A program made the position numbers and the translations under genes. From Chthonomonadales bacterium (GTDB lineage Bacteria; Armatimonadota; Chthonomonadetes; Chthonomonadales; CAJBBX01): a stretch of 64,000 nucleotides of DNA. The stretch lies in the NCBI GenBank assembly GCA_037443035.1, contig JBBIPC010000001.1, forward strand, positions 320,001-384,000. The letters are read 5' to 3'. Below the pieces are notes generated by a model. That model did not search any database, was not told the DNA's origin, and saw only the letters and a program-made list of their open reading frames with translations. Below, one piece after another: positions 1-9,351 of this stretch (the first letter of the stretch is position 1; every line of letters begins with the position of its first letter).

Positions 1-1
1 C

Positions 2-403
2 CAGCAGGTACGCGATTGGCTTTTCGTGGAGGATCATTGCGCGGGGATCGCGACGGTGCTGCTTCGTGGGGAGCCAGGAGCCATCTACAACGTCGGTGGG
101 GGTAACGAAAGGACCAACGCAGAAATCACCAGGGCCCTCTTGGCGTTGCTGGGTAAACCGGACAGCCTGGTGCGCTGTATTCCTGACCCGCGTGGTGCCG
201 CTCACGATGTTCGCTATGCGCTGGACTGTAGTCGTGCTCATGCACTGGGCTGGAGGCCACGCTACAGTATGGAGGAGGCGCTGGAAACGACTGTCCGCTG
301 GTATGTGGAGAATCGCTCGTGGTGGGAGCCCATCGTCAACTCATCGGAATACGTAGAGTTCGTGCGACGTTACTACGGCACAGCGCTTGGATCCGAGCTG
401 TGA
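2..403 (+). CDS. rfbB: dTDP-glucose 4,6-dehydratase, C-terminal part (5' truncated by window edge)
   Basis: Frame is open from position 2: QQVRDWLFVEDHC...YNVGGGNE...HDVRYALD...WYVENRSWW, typical RmlB C-terminal motifs. Confidence 0.9.
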   Translation, partial: QQVRDWLFVEDHCAGIATVLLRGEPGAIYNVGGGNERTNAEITRALLALLGKPDSLVRCIPDPRGAAHDVRYALDCSRAHALGWRPRYSMEEALETTVRWYVENRSWWEPIVNSSEYVEFVRRYYGTALGSEL

Positions 404-415
404 CAGGTAGCAGCC

Positions 416-904
416 GTGGGTAAGATAGTAGTGCGAGCCAACCTCGCTCGCGAGCTGGCGCCGCATCGCCGAGCAGGGCGGTGCGTCGTCTTCACGAACG
501 GCTGCTTCGACTTGTTGCACATCGGGCACGCCAGGTATCTGGCCGAAGCCCGCTCCTACGGAGACATTCTCGTCGTTGGCGTCAACTCGGATTCATCGGT
601 AAGAGCGCTGAAAGGACCTCGGAGGCCCCTCATACCCGAGGCCGAGCGGGCCGAGATGCTGTCGCACCTCGCCGCGGTGGACTATGTCACGCTCTTCGAC
701 GAGCTTACGGCCGACCGCCTCATCGAAGAGGTTGCGCCGCAGATCTACGTCAAGGGCGGCGACATAGACCCGGATCGCGTGCCAGAGGCGCCTACCGTCC
801 GGAACCTCGGTGGCCGGGTCATCATCGCCCAACATGTAGATGAGCATTCGACGTCCGACATCATCGCGAAAGTCCTACGTGCCTATGACTCCCTCGGTGA
901 GTGA
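416..904 (+). CDS. rfaE2: D-glycero-beta-D-manno-heptose 1-phosphate adenylyltransferase (stand-alone RfaE domain II)
   Basis: VFTNGCFDLLHIGH, GVNSDSSVRALKGPRRP, YVKGGD, HSTSDII motifs. Confidence 0.88.
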   Translation: MGKIVVRANLARELAPHRRAGRCVVFTNGCFDLLHIGHARYLAEARSYGDILVVGVNSDSSVRALKGPRRPLIPEAERAEMLSHLAAVDYVTLFDELTADRLIEEVAPQIYVKGGDIDPDRVPEAPTVRNLGGRVIIAQHVDEHSTSDIIAKVLRAYDSLGE

Positions 905-1799
905 AAGGGACGTGATCGGCGAGACGAGCGGTCTCCTCGGGACGCTATCAGCGATCATGGAGGCCGCCCGACCCCGGCAGTGGACGAAGAATCTCTTCGT
1001 GTTCGCCGGCATGGTCTTCACGGATAACTGGCGACTCCTGCCCATCGCCTGCACGACCTTTGCCGCGTACTGCCTGATGTCATCCGGCGTGTACATCTTG
1101 AACGACGTGCGGGACCGTAATCAGGACGCTTTACATCCGGACAAGCGCAACCGTCCCATCCCTCGTGGCGACCTGAGTGTCCCGACCGCTGCTCTAGCAG
1201 GCTGCATTCTGTGCCTGGGTGGTCTCGGCAGTGCTGCCATCCTGGGGCTTCCATCAGCGGGGATCGCCGCAGGCTTTCTGGCTCTTCAAGCTGCCTACAC
1301 GCTAGTGTTGAAGCATCTGGTACTTCTCGACGTCTTCGCCATTGCGTCGGCCTTTGTCATACGGGTAGTGGCCGGAGCTGTCGCCATCGAAGTGCCCGCG
1401 TCCGTTTGGCTTCTCGTCTGCACGCTTCAGCTCGCCCTCTTCCTCGGCTTTGGCAAGAGAAGGCACGAGCTGCTCTGCATGGGGGAAAGGGCTGGAGAGC
1501 ACCGGGAGACCTTGGACCATTACAGCGTTGCATTTCTCGATCAGCTCATCTCTATCGTTCTGGGCGCCCTCATTGTATCGTACGCCGTCTACTCAGCCTC
1601 GTCTCCCACGGCAACATCGCATCCGGGCATGGTGGCGACACTGCCCTTCGTCATCTACGGCATTTTCCGCTACCTGTACCTCATTCACATCAAGCATATG
1701 GGAGGTAGCCCTGAGACGATGCTGCTCCAGGATAGACCCCTCCAGGCCACCCTAGTTCTCTGGATCGTCGTCGTGGTCGCGGCCTTCAGGATCCGGTAG
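897..1799 (+). CDS. Decaprenyl/polyprenyl-phosphate phosphoribosyltransferase (UbiA family membrane protein)
   Basis: RPRQWTKNLFVF, YILNDVRDRNQDALHPDKRNRPI and KRRHEL motifs, multiple TM helices; start uncertain (GTG 897 overlapping the rfaE2 end, or ATG 957). Confidence 0.85.
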   Translation: MSERDVIGETSGLLGTLSAIMEAARPRQWTKNLFVFAGMVFTDNWRLLPIACTTFAAYCLMSSGVYILNDVRDRNQDALHPDKRNRPIPRGDLSVPTAALAGCILCLGGLGSAAILGLPSAGIAAGFLALQAAYTLVLKHLVLLDVFAIASAFVIRVVAGAVAIEVPASVWLLVCTLQLALFLGFGKRRHELLCMGERAGEHRETLDHYSVAFLDQLISIVLGALIVSYAVYSASSPTATSHPGMVATLPFVIYGIFRYLYLIHIKHMGGSPETMLLQDRPLQATLVLWIVVVVAAFRIR

Positions 1800-1808
1800 G
1801 AGGTAGCG

Positions 1809-2690
1809 ATGCGTGTGCTCGTCACAGGCGCGGCCGGTATGCTTGGAACGGACATACTGGCAACTGCACCGAACGACGTGTCGGACATACTCGGCGCCGA
1901 CCTCCGAGACAGTGACGTTCATCTGGACATCACCCAGCCTGCAGAGGTGTATGCTACTCTCGAACGGCTCCGTCCCGGCCTCGTGTTGCACTGCGCTGCG
2001 TACACGAACGTAGATCACGCTGAAGCAGATCCGGATACCGCGTACAAAGTGAACGCCCTCGGAAGCTGGGCGCTGGCCACTGCGTGCGCGCGAGTCGGTG
2101 CAGCCCTATGCTACGTGAGTACGGATTACGTTTTCGATGGCTGCCAGCGACGCCCCTATCACGAGTTCGACGTTCCCCGTCCATTGAACGTCTATGGCGC
2201 CACGAAGCTCGCAGGCGAGCACGCTGTCCGCTCGCACTGTCCGCAGCACTGGATCGTCAGGACAGCCTGGCTTTATGGTCTGCACGGTAGGTCTTTCGTC
2301 CGAACGGTACTCGAGCGTGCTGCAAAGGCCCAGCCGCTGCGTGTCGTAGCCGATCAGATCGGCAGTCCCACATTCACCCGCGACCTGGCAGAGGCCATCT
2401 GGCAGATAGTGCGCGAAGCGCCCTACGGCGTGTATCACCGTGTGAACAGCGGCTTCGCGTCGTGGTACGAGCTTGCCCTCGCAGCCGTGCGTCTCGCTGG
2501 GCTGGATGACCGACTCGTGTCGCCCATCGCGGCCTCTGAGTGGCCGTCACCTGTCGTACGCCCCTCCTACTCCGTGCTCACAAGTCTCAGCGCGCCGTCG
2601 GTCGCGCTGACGCAGCTTCGACCTTGGCAGGAAGCACTTGCCTGTTTCGTCATGGAAGGTGCCGGCTCACACGGCGAACAGCGGCAGTGA
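1809..2690 (+). CDS. rfbD: dTDP-4-dehydrorhamnose reductase
   Basis: VLVTGAAGMLG, HCAAYTNVD, STDYVFDG, YGATK, DQIGSPT; SD GGAGG upstream. Confidence 0.95.
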   Translation: MRVLVTGAAGMLGTDILATAPNDVSDILGADLRDSDVHLDITQPAEVYATLERLRPGLVLHCAAYTNVDHAEADPDTAYKVNALGSWALATACARVGAALCYVSTDYVFDGCQRRPYHEFDVPRPLNVYGATKLAGEHAVRSHCPQHWIVRTAWLYGLHGRSFVRTVLERAAKAQPLRVVADQIGSPTFTRDLAEAIWQIVREAPYGVYHRVNSGFASWYELALAAVRLAGLDDRLVSPIAASEWPSPVVRPSYSVLTSLSAPSVALTQLRPWQEALACFVMEGAGSHGEQRQ

Positions 2691-4435
2691 CGATCCGCAC
2701 CGGCTACTGGCATCTGGCGTACTGCGTCGCTGCGGCCATGGGACTCGGCTCGATCTCAGGTGCATCACCAGCCGATCGGTCGCCGTCGTTCGCAAGAGCG
2801 CTGTACTACTACACAGGCCTGCAGGGTCGTGTCCTCTGGGTTGACGCCACTGCGAACCTGGACCGCGTCACGACACGGGAGGGTGTGGCCGACATAGTCG
2901 CTCGCGCAAAGAACGCGAAGCTCACAACCATCGTCGTGGACGTGAAACCCATCAGCGGACAGGTGCTCTACCCAAGCAGTGTCGCGCCGCGTCTATCAGA
3001 GTGGAAGGGCAAGACCGTTCCCGATTTCGATGTCTTGCAGGCATTCCTCGACGAGGGTCGGAAAGCAGGTCTGGAGGTAGCTGCTTCGGTCAATGTGTTT
3101 TCCGAGGGGCACAAGATGCACGGTCAGGGTCTGGCCTACGCGCGTCCCGAGTGGCAGTCGGTCGTCCTCTCCATCCGCCGAACGCTTCGAGCTCCGAACG
3201 GATCGGAGCTGCGCATACGGTCGTCCGATGATCCGGAAGAGGATGGCGTTCCGACGGTCCAAGGAGCTGATTATGTCGTCTGGCCGGCTAGTACGCCCGA
3301 GCGTTCCCTGGCAGTCGTGTTAGAGCACGATGGACGCGTCTCCGGTATGATCGATCCGGCCCTCTTGGGAGACGAGCCCCTCATGGCTTCGGAGGACGGC
3401 CGCCTGTTGGTACTGCAAGACGCGGCCCGCGAATGGGCTTGTACCAACCTGCGGGCTGGCGACCGCTCCACTTTTCAGGCCGAGGGGAAGCTGCTTCCCA
3501 TCGTCGATGCCCCAAGCGAGCGTGTCAGCGCCTTCACGAATCCTCTCCATCCGAGAGCACGTAAGCATGCCATAGAGATCATTCGGGAGATTGCCGAGCG
3601 GTATCCTGTGGATGGCATCGTTCTCGATCGCATGCGCTATGCCTCGATCTATGCCGACTTCTCACCGATGACACGCGCTGCGTTCGAACAGTGGCTAGGT
3701 CGGTCGGTATCGCGCTGGCCGCAGGATGTGCTGGACGTGAACCCCATTCCCGGTGAACCTGTCAGACCGGGGCCGTACTTCCGCCAGTGGCTCGAGTTTC
3801 GAGCACGCGTCATCAGCGAGTTCCTTCGAGAGGTACGTCAGGCGGTGAAGCAAGTGCGTCCCGAAGTGCGTATCGCAGCTTACGTTGGATCGTGGTTCAC
3901 TACCTACTACGGGGTCGGGGTAAACTGGGCAAGTGAGCGCTTTCCAGTGTCGCAACCGTGGGCGACAGCGTCCTATTCGGAAACAGGCTATGCCGAACAG
4001 CTCGACTGGCTCACCACAGGATGCTACTATGCGGTTCCGACCCGCGAACGTGCTCGGGCCCTGGGGGCCAGTGAAGGCGCCACTGTAGAGACGGCTGCCG
4101 TCGTTTCCACAAGGGTGACCGCCAACGCGGTACCAGTCTATGCTGGGCTGTATGCTCTGAACTATGAGGGTCGGCCAGACGAGTTCTCCGCCGCCATGGA
4201 CGTCGCAGTCAAGCGTTCGGGTGGCGTCATGCTCTTTGACTGCTCGCATATCTACAGATATGGCTGGTGGCCGCTCGTATCGGCCGCATTCCAACGGCCA
4301 GCCTTCTCACCTCACGCATGCCCAGGTCTTCTGGCGCAGATACGGTCGGTACAAGATGCAGTGGTCTCGACAGGCGCGGTCGACGGGGTGGTTGGTACTC
4401 TTCCTGCTGTTCCCTACCAGCCTGGCGGCGGCTAG
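2687..4435 (+). CDS. Secreted glycosyl hydrolase-like 10 (GHL10/DUF187) family protein
   Basis: GTGA overlap with rfbD stop; signal-peptide-like N-terminus; GRVLWVDATAN, VDVKP, RYPVDGIVLDRMRY, WLEFRARVI TIM-barrel motifs. Confidence 0.75.
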   Translation: MTIRTGYWHLAYCVAAAMGLGSISGASPADRSPSFARALYYYTGLQGRVLWVDATANLDRVTTREGVADIVARAKNAKLTTIVVDVKPISGQVLYPSSVAPRLSEWKGKTVPDFDVLQAFLDEGRKAGLEVAASVNVFSEGHKMHGQGLAYARPEWQSVVLSIRRTLRAPNGSELRIRSSDDPEEDGVPTVQGADYVVWPASTPERSLAVVLEHDGRVSGMIDPALLGDEPLMASEDGRLLVLQDAAREWACTNLRAGDRSTFQAEGKLLPIVDAPSERVSAFTNPLHPRARKHAIEIIREIAERYPVDGIVLDRMRYASIYADFSPMTRAAFEQWLGRSVSRWPQDVLDVNPIPGEPVRPGPYFRQWLEFRARVISEFLREVRQAVKQVRPEVRIAAYVGSWFTTYYGVGVNWASERFPVSQPWATASYSETGYAEQLDWLTTGCYYAVPTRERARALGASEGATVETAAVVSTRVTANAVPVYAGLYALNYEGRPDEFSAAMDVAVKRSGGVMLFDCSHIYRYGWWPLVSAAFQRPAFSPHACPGLLAQIRSVQDAVVSTGAVDGVVGTLPAVPYQPGGG

Positions 4436-5240
4436 GGCGCTCCCCCTACCCAGCCTGGCGTTGGGATCCGCTGCCACCGATACGATTCAGCTACGGATTC
4501 GTATATCGAACACCAGCCTCGGAGCCGTCCAGGTCAGCGCTGCCAATGAAAGCGCATGGCAGCTCGTAGCCCGCGTCGTCCAGCCTGCGATAGAGGTAGC
4601 CACCAGCAGCGGTGACCTTAGCCAGGGAGTGAAGCAGACGTCCGCGGACTGCATGCAGGTGGTTCTCCGTAAGGGCGCAGCCATACGCGTCCTTCCGGCG
4701 AAGGCAGGTCCCACACCCCGAGATGTCCTTTCCATTGGCCCGCCGAGCGCCATGGCGCTGCTCGATGCCCTGTGTAGGCTAGGACCTGTCGAGGTCGCTC
4801 TGGAGGTAGGGGGCCAGTTGCTACCTGTCCATGATGGGTTCGCACCGTCGGACGGCGACGTCCTGGTCATCCGCGTGGCCGTGGCACAAACCGAGGTTCC
4901 GCAGGCGAAGTCCCTCATCGCTGAGGCCGGACGGCGGTATGCTGAATTAGCGTTGGAGCGAACCCGTCAGTCCGCCCAGAAACCTGTGTCGGGATACCTG
5001 ACTGTAATAGCCAGGTCATCGGCTGAGCCACACGGCGGCCCTGTCGTGTTCCTTCTAGATGGATCGCCAGTCGCCATCGTCAACCGAACACCGTACACAG
5101 TTCGCTGGGATACACGGGACTGGACGGACGGCGAGCATCTGATCGAAGCGCGTGCGCTGAACTCGTTCGGCACCGTCGTGTCTATGATGAAGAAGCTCGT
5201 CTACGTGCAGAACGGTGCCGGTGATGGCCGAGCACGGTAA
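4356..5240 (+). CDS. Secreted hypothetical protein with C-terminal bacterial Ig-like domain
   Basis: Hydrophobic signal (WLVLFLLFPTSLAAA); C-terminal VVFLLDG...TPYTVRWDT..WTDGEHLIEARA Ig-like pattern; start uncertain, overlaps upstream gene. Confidence 0.6.
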   Translation: MQWSRQARSTGWLVLFLLFPTSLAAARALPLPSLALGSAATDTIQLRIRISNTSLGAVQVSAANESAWQLVARVVQPAIEVATSSGDLSQGVKQTSADCMQVVLRKGAAIRVLPAKAGPTPRDVLSIGPPSAMALLDALCRLGPVEVALEVGGQLLPVHDGFAPSDGDVLVIRVAVAQTEVPQAKSLIAEAGRRYAELALERTRQSAQKPVSGYLTVIARSSAEPHGGPVVFLLDGSPVAIVNRTPYTVRWDTRDWTDGEHLIEARALNSFGTVVSMMKKLVYVQNGAGDGRAR

Positions 5241-7209
5241 GGCTCGTCTGCCGAGCTTGGAAGACCTGCTGGGACCAGGAGGTCGGCTTCAGAACCTCCT
5301 GGCAACATACGAGCACCGTCCTCAGCAGATCGAGGCGGCGGAAGCGATATCGGCCGCCATCGCGAGCCAGACGCACTGCATCGTGGAAGCGGGCACCGGT
5401 GTAGGCAAGACCCTGGCCTATCTCATACCGGCCGCATATGCGATCGCGGCTGGCAAGAAGGCCGTGATCTCCACCTACACCGTGAACCTGCAGGGGCAGC
5501 TCATCGAGAAAGACATACCCCTTCTCGAGACGCTCCTTCCAGAAGTGCCCATACGCGCGTGCCTTCTCAAAGGAAAAGGCCGTTACCTGTGCAAGCAGGA
5601 CATGGACGTCGCCTGCAGCGACCTCTTCCATACCATGGACCCACAGTTCGAGAAGGTGCGCGACTGGGCGTCACGCACAGAAACAGGAGACTGCTCGGAA
5701 CTCCCATTCGTTTACACACGTTGGCACGAGATTGCTGCCAATCAGGACACGTGCCGGGTCCGCGAGTGTAGGTATTACGACACATGCCACTACTACCGTG
5801 CACGTCGCATCGCGCAGACATCCAATCTGATCGTCGTGAACCATGCGCTCCTCATGACCGACCTCGTGACGCGGGAAACCTCAGACGATGGATCTGGACT
5901 GCTTCCGGCATACGACATTCTGATCCTCGACGAGGCCCATCATCTAGAGGAGGCAGCGACTTCCGCGCTGAGCATTTCTCTGGGGAGCTGGGAACTACCG
6001 GCGTTCTCCGACCGCCTGAGGCGCATGCGCGTGCTGGCGGAGCTGGAGACAGCTCTCGACGGACTAGAGAGATTGCACAACAACCTTTTCGAACTACCCT
6101 ATCGCTACAAGCGCGATCTGACGCTCGAGGATGCGTTGGAGCCTGAAGAGGTCTCTGCCATGAGGAGCGCTGCTTCGTCCATCCAAGCTCTGCTTGCTCA
6201 GGTGGATGCGGCGATATCCTCGAAGCTGCCCGATGCGGAGGACCGGGAGAAGGAGCGACTCGAGGGATTCCAGCAGACTGCGCGCCGCCTGGCCGAAGCC
6301 GTCATACGGGTGCTCTCCGACCAACCGGGTCGCCTGCTGTGGTGTGAAGTCCAGGGTAGTCAACGCGCCCGTGGCCGGCGACAGGAGTCGGAGCCGACCG
6401 CCATTCTCCACAGCACTCCCATCGAACTAGGCACGCTGCTGGCCGAGACACTATGGTCGCGGACACGGTGCGCTATCCTCACGTCGGCTACCCTCGCGAC
6501 GTCCGACGGTTTCGCCTATCTTGAGCAGCGCCTCGGCCTTTGCACCCAGGCCAGCGAACACGTCATAGGCTCACCGTTTGATTTCAGCACCCAGGCTCTT
6601 CTCTACGTCCCTGCGCATCTACCCCCTCCCCCAACGCAGTTGGACGACGGCTATCTGGATGGCATTACCGAGGAGATACGCAACATACTCCGGCTCACAC
6701 AAGGCAGGGCGTTCCTCCTCTTCACGTCACGGGCGGCGCTCCAGGGCGTGTACGCTCGTCTGAGGGATACTGTCGAGTTCCCTCTGTTTCGACAGGGCGA
6801 CATGCCTCCGCAGAAGCTACTAGACGCATACCGCCGGAGTGGCAACGGTGTGCTTCTCGGCAACCAGACGTTCTGGGAAGGCGTGGACGTGCAAGGAGAA
6901 ATCCTGAGTGCGGTCGTTATTGACCGTATCCCGTTCGCAGTACCGGATTCGCCGATTACCAAGGCAAGAGCGGACGCCATCGCGGCTCGTGGCGGCGATC
7001 CGTTCCGCGAGTTCAGTCTTCCGCAGGCGCAGATTCGCCTGAAACAGGGCTTCGGTCGTCTGATCCGTACCCGCACAGACCGTGGGATCGTGTGCGTCTT
7101 GGACAGTCGCCTCGTCAACAAGTCTTACGGGCGGTCGTTTCTCGACGCACTGCCGCCCGCTGCTCGGGCTAGCGTGTGGTCTCGAGTAGAACGCTTCTGG
7201 TACGCATGA
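5224..7209 (+). CDS. dinG: DinG/YoaA-family ATP-dependent DNA helicase (Fe-S type)
   Basis: EAGTGVGKT, KGKGRYLC, CRVRECRYYDTC Fe-S cysteines, DEAHH, TSATL, FWEGVDV, QGFGRLIRT. Confidence 0.9.
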   Translation: MAEHGKARLPSLEDLLGPGGRLQNLLATYEHRPQQIEAAEAISAAIASQTHCIVEAGTGVGKTLAYLIPAAYAIAAGKKAVISTYTVNLQGQLIEKDIPLLETLLPEVPIRACLLKGKGRYLCKQDMDVACSDLFHTMDPQFEKVRDWASRTETGDCSELPFVYTRWHEIAANQDTCRVRECRYYDTCHYYRARRIAQTSNLIVVNHALLMTDLVTRETSDDGSGLLPAYDILILDEAHHLEEAATSALSISLGSWELPAFSDRLRRMRVLAELETALDGLERLHNNLFELPYRYKRDLTLEDALEPEEVSAMRSAASSIQALLAQVDAAISSKLPDAEDREKERLEGFQQTARRLAEAVIRVLSDQPGRLLWCEVQGSQRARGRRQESEPTAILHSTPIELGTLLAETLWSRTRCAILTSATLATSDGFAYLEQRLGLCTQASEHVIGSPFDFSTQALLYVPAHLPPPPTQLDDGYLDGITEEIRNILRLTQGRAFLLFTSRAALQGVYARLRDTVEFPLFRQGDMPPQKLLDAYRRSGNGVLLGNQTFWEGVDVQGEILSAVVIDRIPFAVPDSPITKARADAIAARGGDPFREFSLPQAQIRLKQGFGRLIRTRTDRGIVCVLDSRLVNKSYGRSFLDALPPAARASVWSRVERFWYA

Positions 7210-7299
7210 CGTCGTCGCTCCCTTTGCTTCAGTGGTTGCCGCATGGTGTGTTCCGCATGCGAGTATGTAGGAAAAGCGCAACCAAGGAGACCGTGATCT

Positions 7300-7911
7300 A
7301 TGGAAGAGCCTGCCGCCACTGCATCGTCACCGTCACTGGCACCTCGCGAGGAATCCGAGAAGACCCGGCCGCCAGTAGCCGAGACCCCTCTTCGCCGTAT
7401 GCCGGAGGACGTCCGCAAGCATCTCATAAGGCTCCGCGAAGGTCAGCACTACCTTCCGGTTGCTGCACGCGTGCTATGGTTCCGCGACGAGCATCCCGAC
7501 TGGTCCCTCACCACAGAGATAGCCGAGGGTGGCTATGAGGCTGGCTGGGCCACGGTCAAGGCCACGGTTCGGAACGCCGAGGGCAGGATCATCTCCACTG
7601 GTATGAAGACCGAAAGCAAACAGGATTTTCCGGCAGGCTGGGTGGAGAAGGCCGAGACCGGTGCAATTGGGCGTGCACTAGCCATGGCAGGCTATGGTAC
7701 CCAGTTCGCCCCGGAACTCGACGACACTGGGACGCTTCCTCGTGAAGGGCGCCCTGCACCATCGCGAACCAGCCGGGCGTCTCTCGGCAAACAGAGCAGT
7801 GTTGCGGCCGCAGAAGTCTGGCGCGGACCTGGGCTATGCCCTGGCTGTAACGCGCCCGAAGGCCGACCTCATACGCGCCACTGCTCGATCGGTGCGAAGA
7901 AGCCCGGCTAG
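7300..7911 (+). CDS. Putative Rad52/Sak-like ssDNA-annealing protein with C-terminal CxxC...HxxxC motif
   Basis: SD AAGGAG upstream; YLPVAARVLWFR...VKATVR...EKAETGAIGRALA pattern resembles the Rad52/Sak fold; C-terminal CPGC-x7-HTRHC. Confidence 0.45.
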   Translation: MEEPAATASSPSLAPREESEKTRPPVAETPLRRMPEDVRKHLIRLREGQHYLPVAARVLWFRDEHPDWSLTTEIAEGGYEAGWATVKATVRNAEGRIISTGMKTESKQDFPAGWVEKAETGAIGRALAMAGYGTQFAPELDDTGTLPREGRPAPSRTSRASLGKQSSVAAAEVWRGPGLCPGCNAPEGRPHTRHCSIGAKKPG

Positions 7912-7914
7912 CTG

Positions 7915-9207
<1,293 letters not shown>

Positions 9208-9276
9208 TCACTCTCCATAGACAACCAGTGGATAGCGCCAAGCTATCCACTCGCCACCGATGTCTTTGCTTTTCTC

Positions 9277-9306
9277 ATTATGCGGCCCAACGCTGCGCCC
9301 TGTCAA
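9277..9306 (-). promoter_or_regulatory. sigma70-type promoter for purA
   Basis: Minus strand TTGACA-N18-CATAAT, about 70 nt upstream of the purA ATG. Confidence 0.65.
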
Positions 9307-9351
9307 TCCGCGATCAGGCCCCCGCCATGGCGAAGGTAGAATAGCTCCGCC

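Noticed and set aside
9219..9265. ZTP (pfl) riboswitch before purA
   Set aside because: TGGCGA-GTGG...CCAC resembles the 5' half, but the GGGGAG segment and the GCCUGGGC P3 pseudoknot are absent
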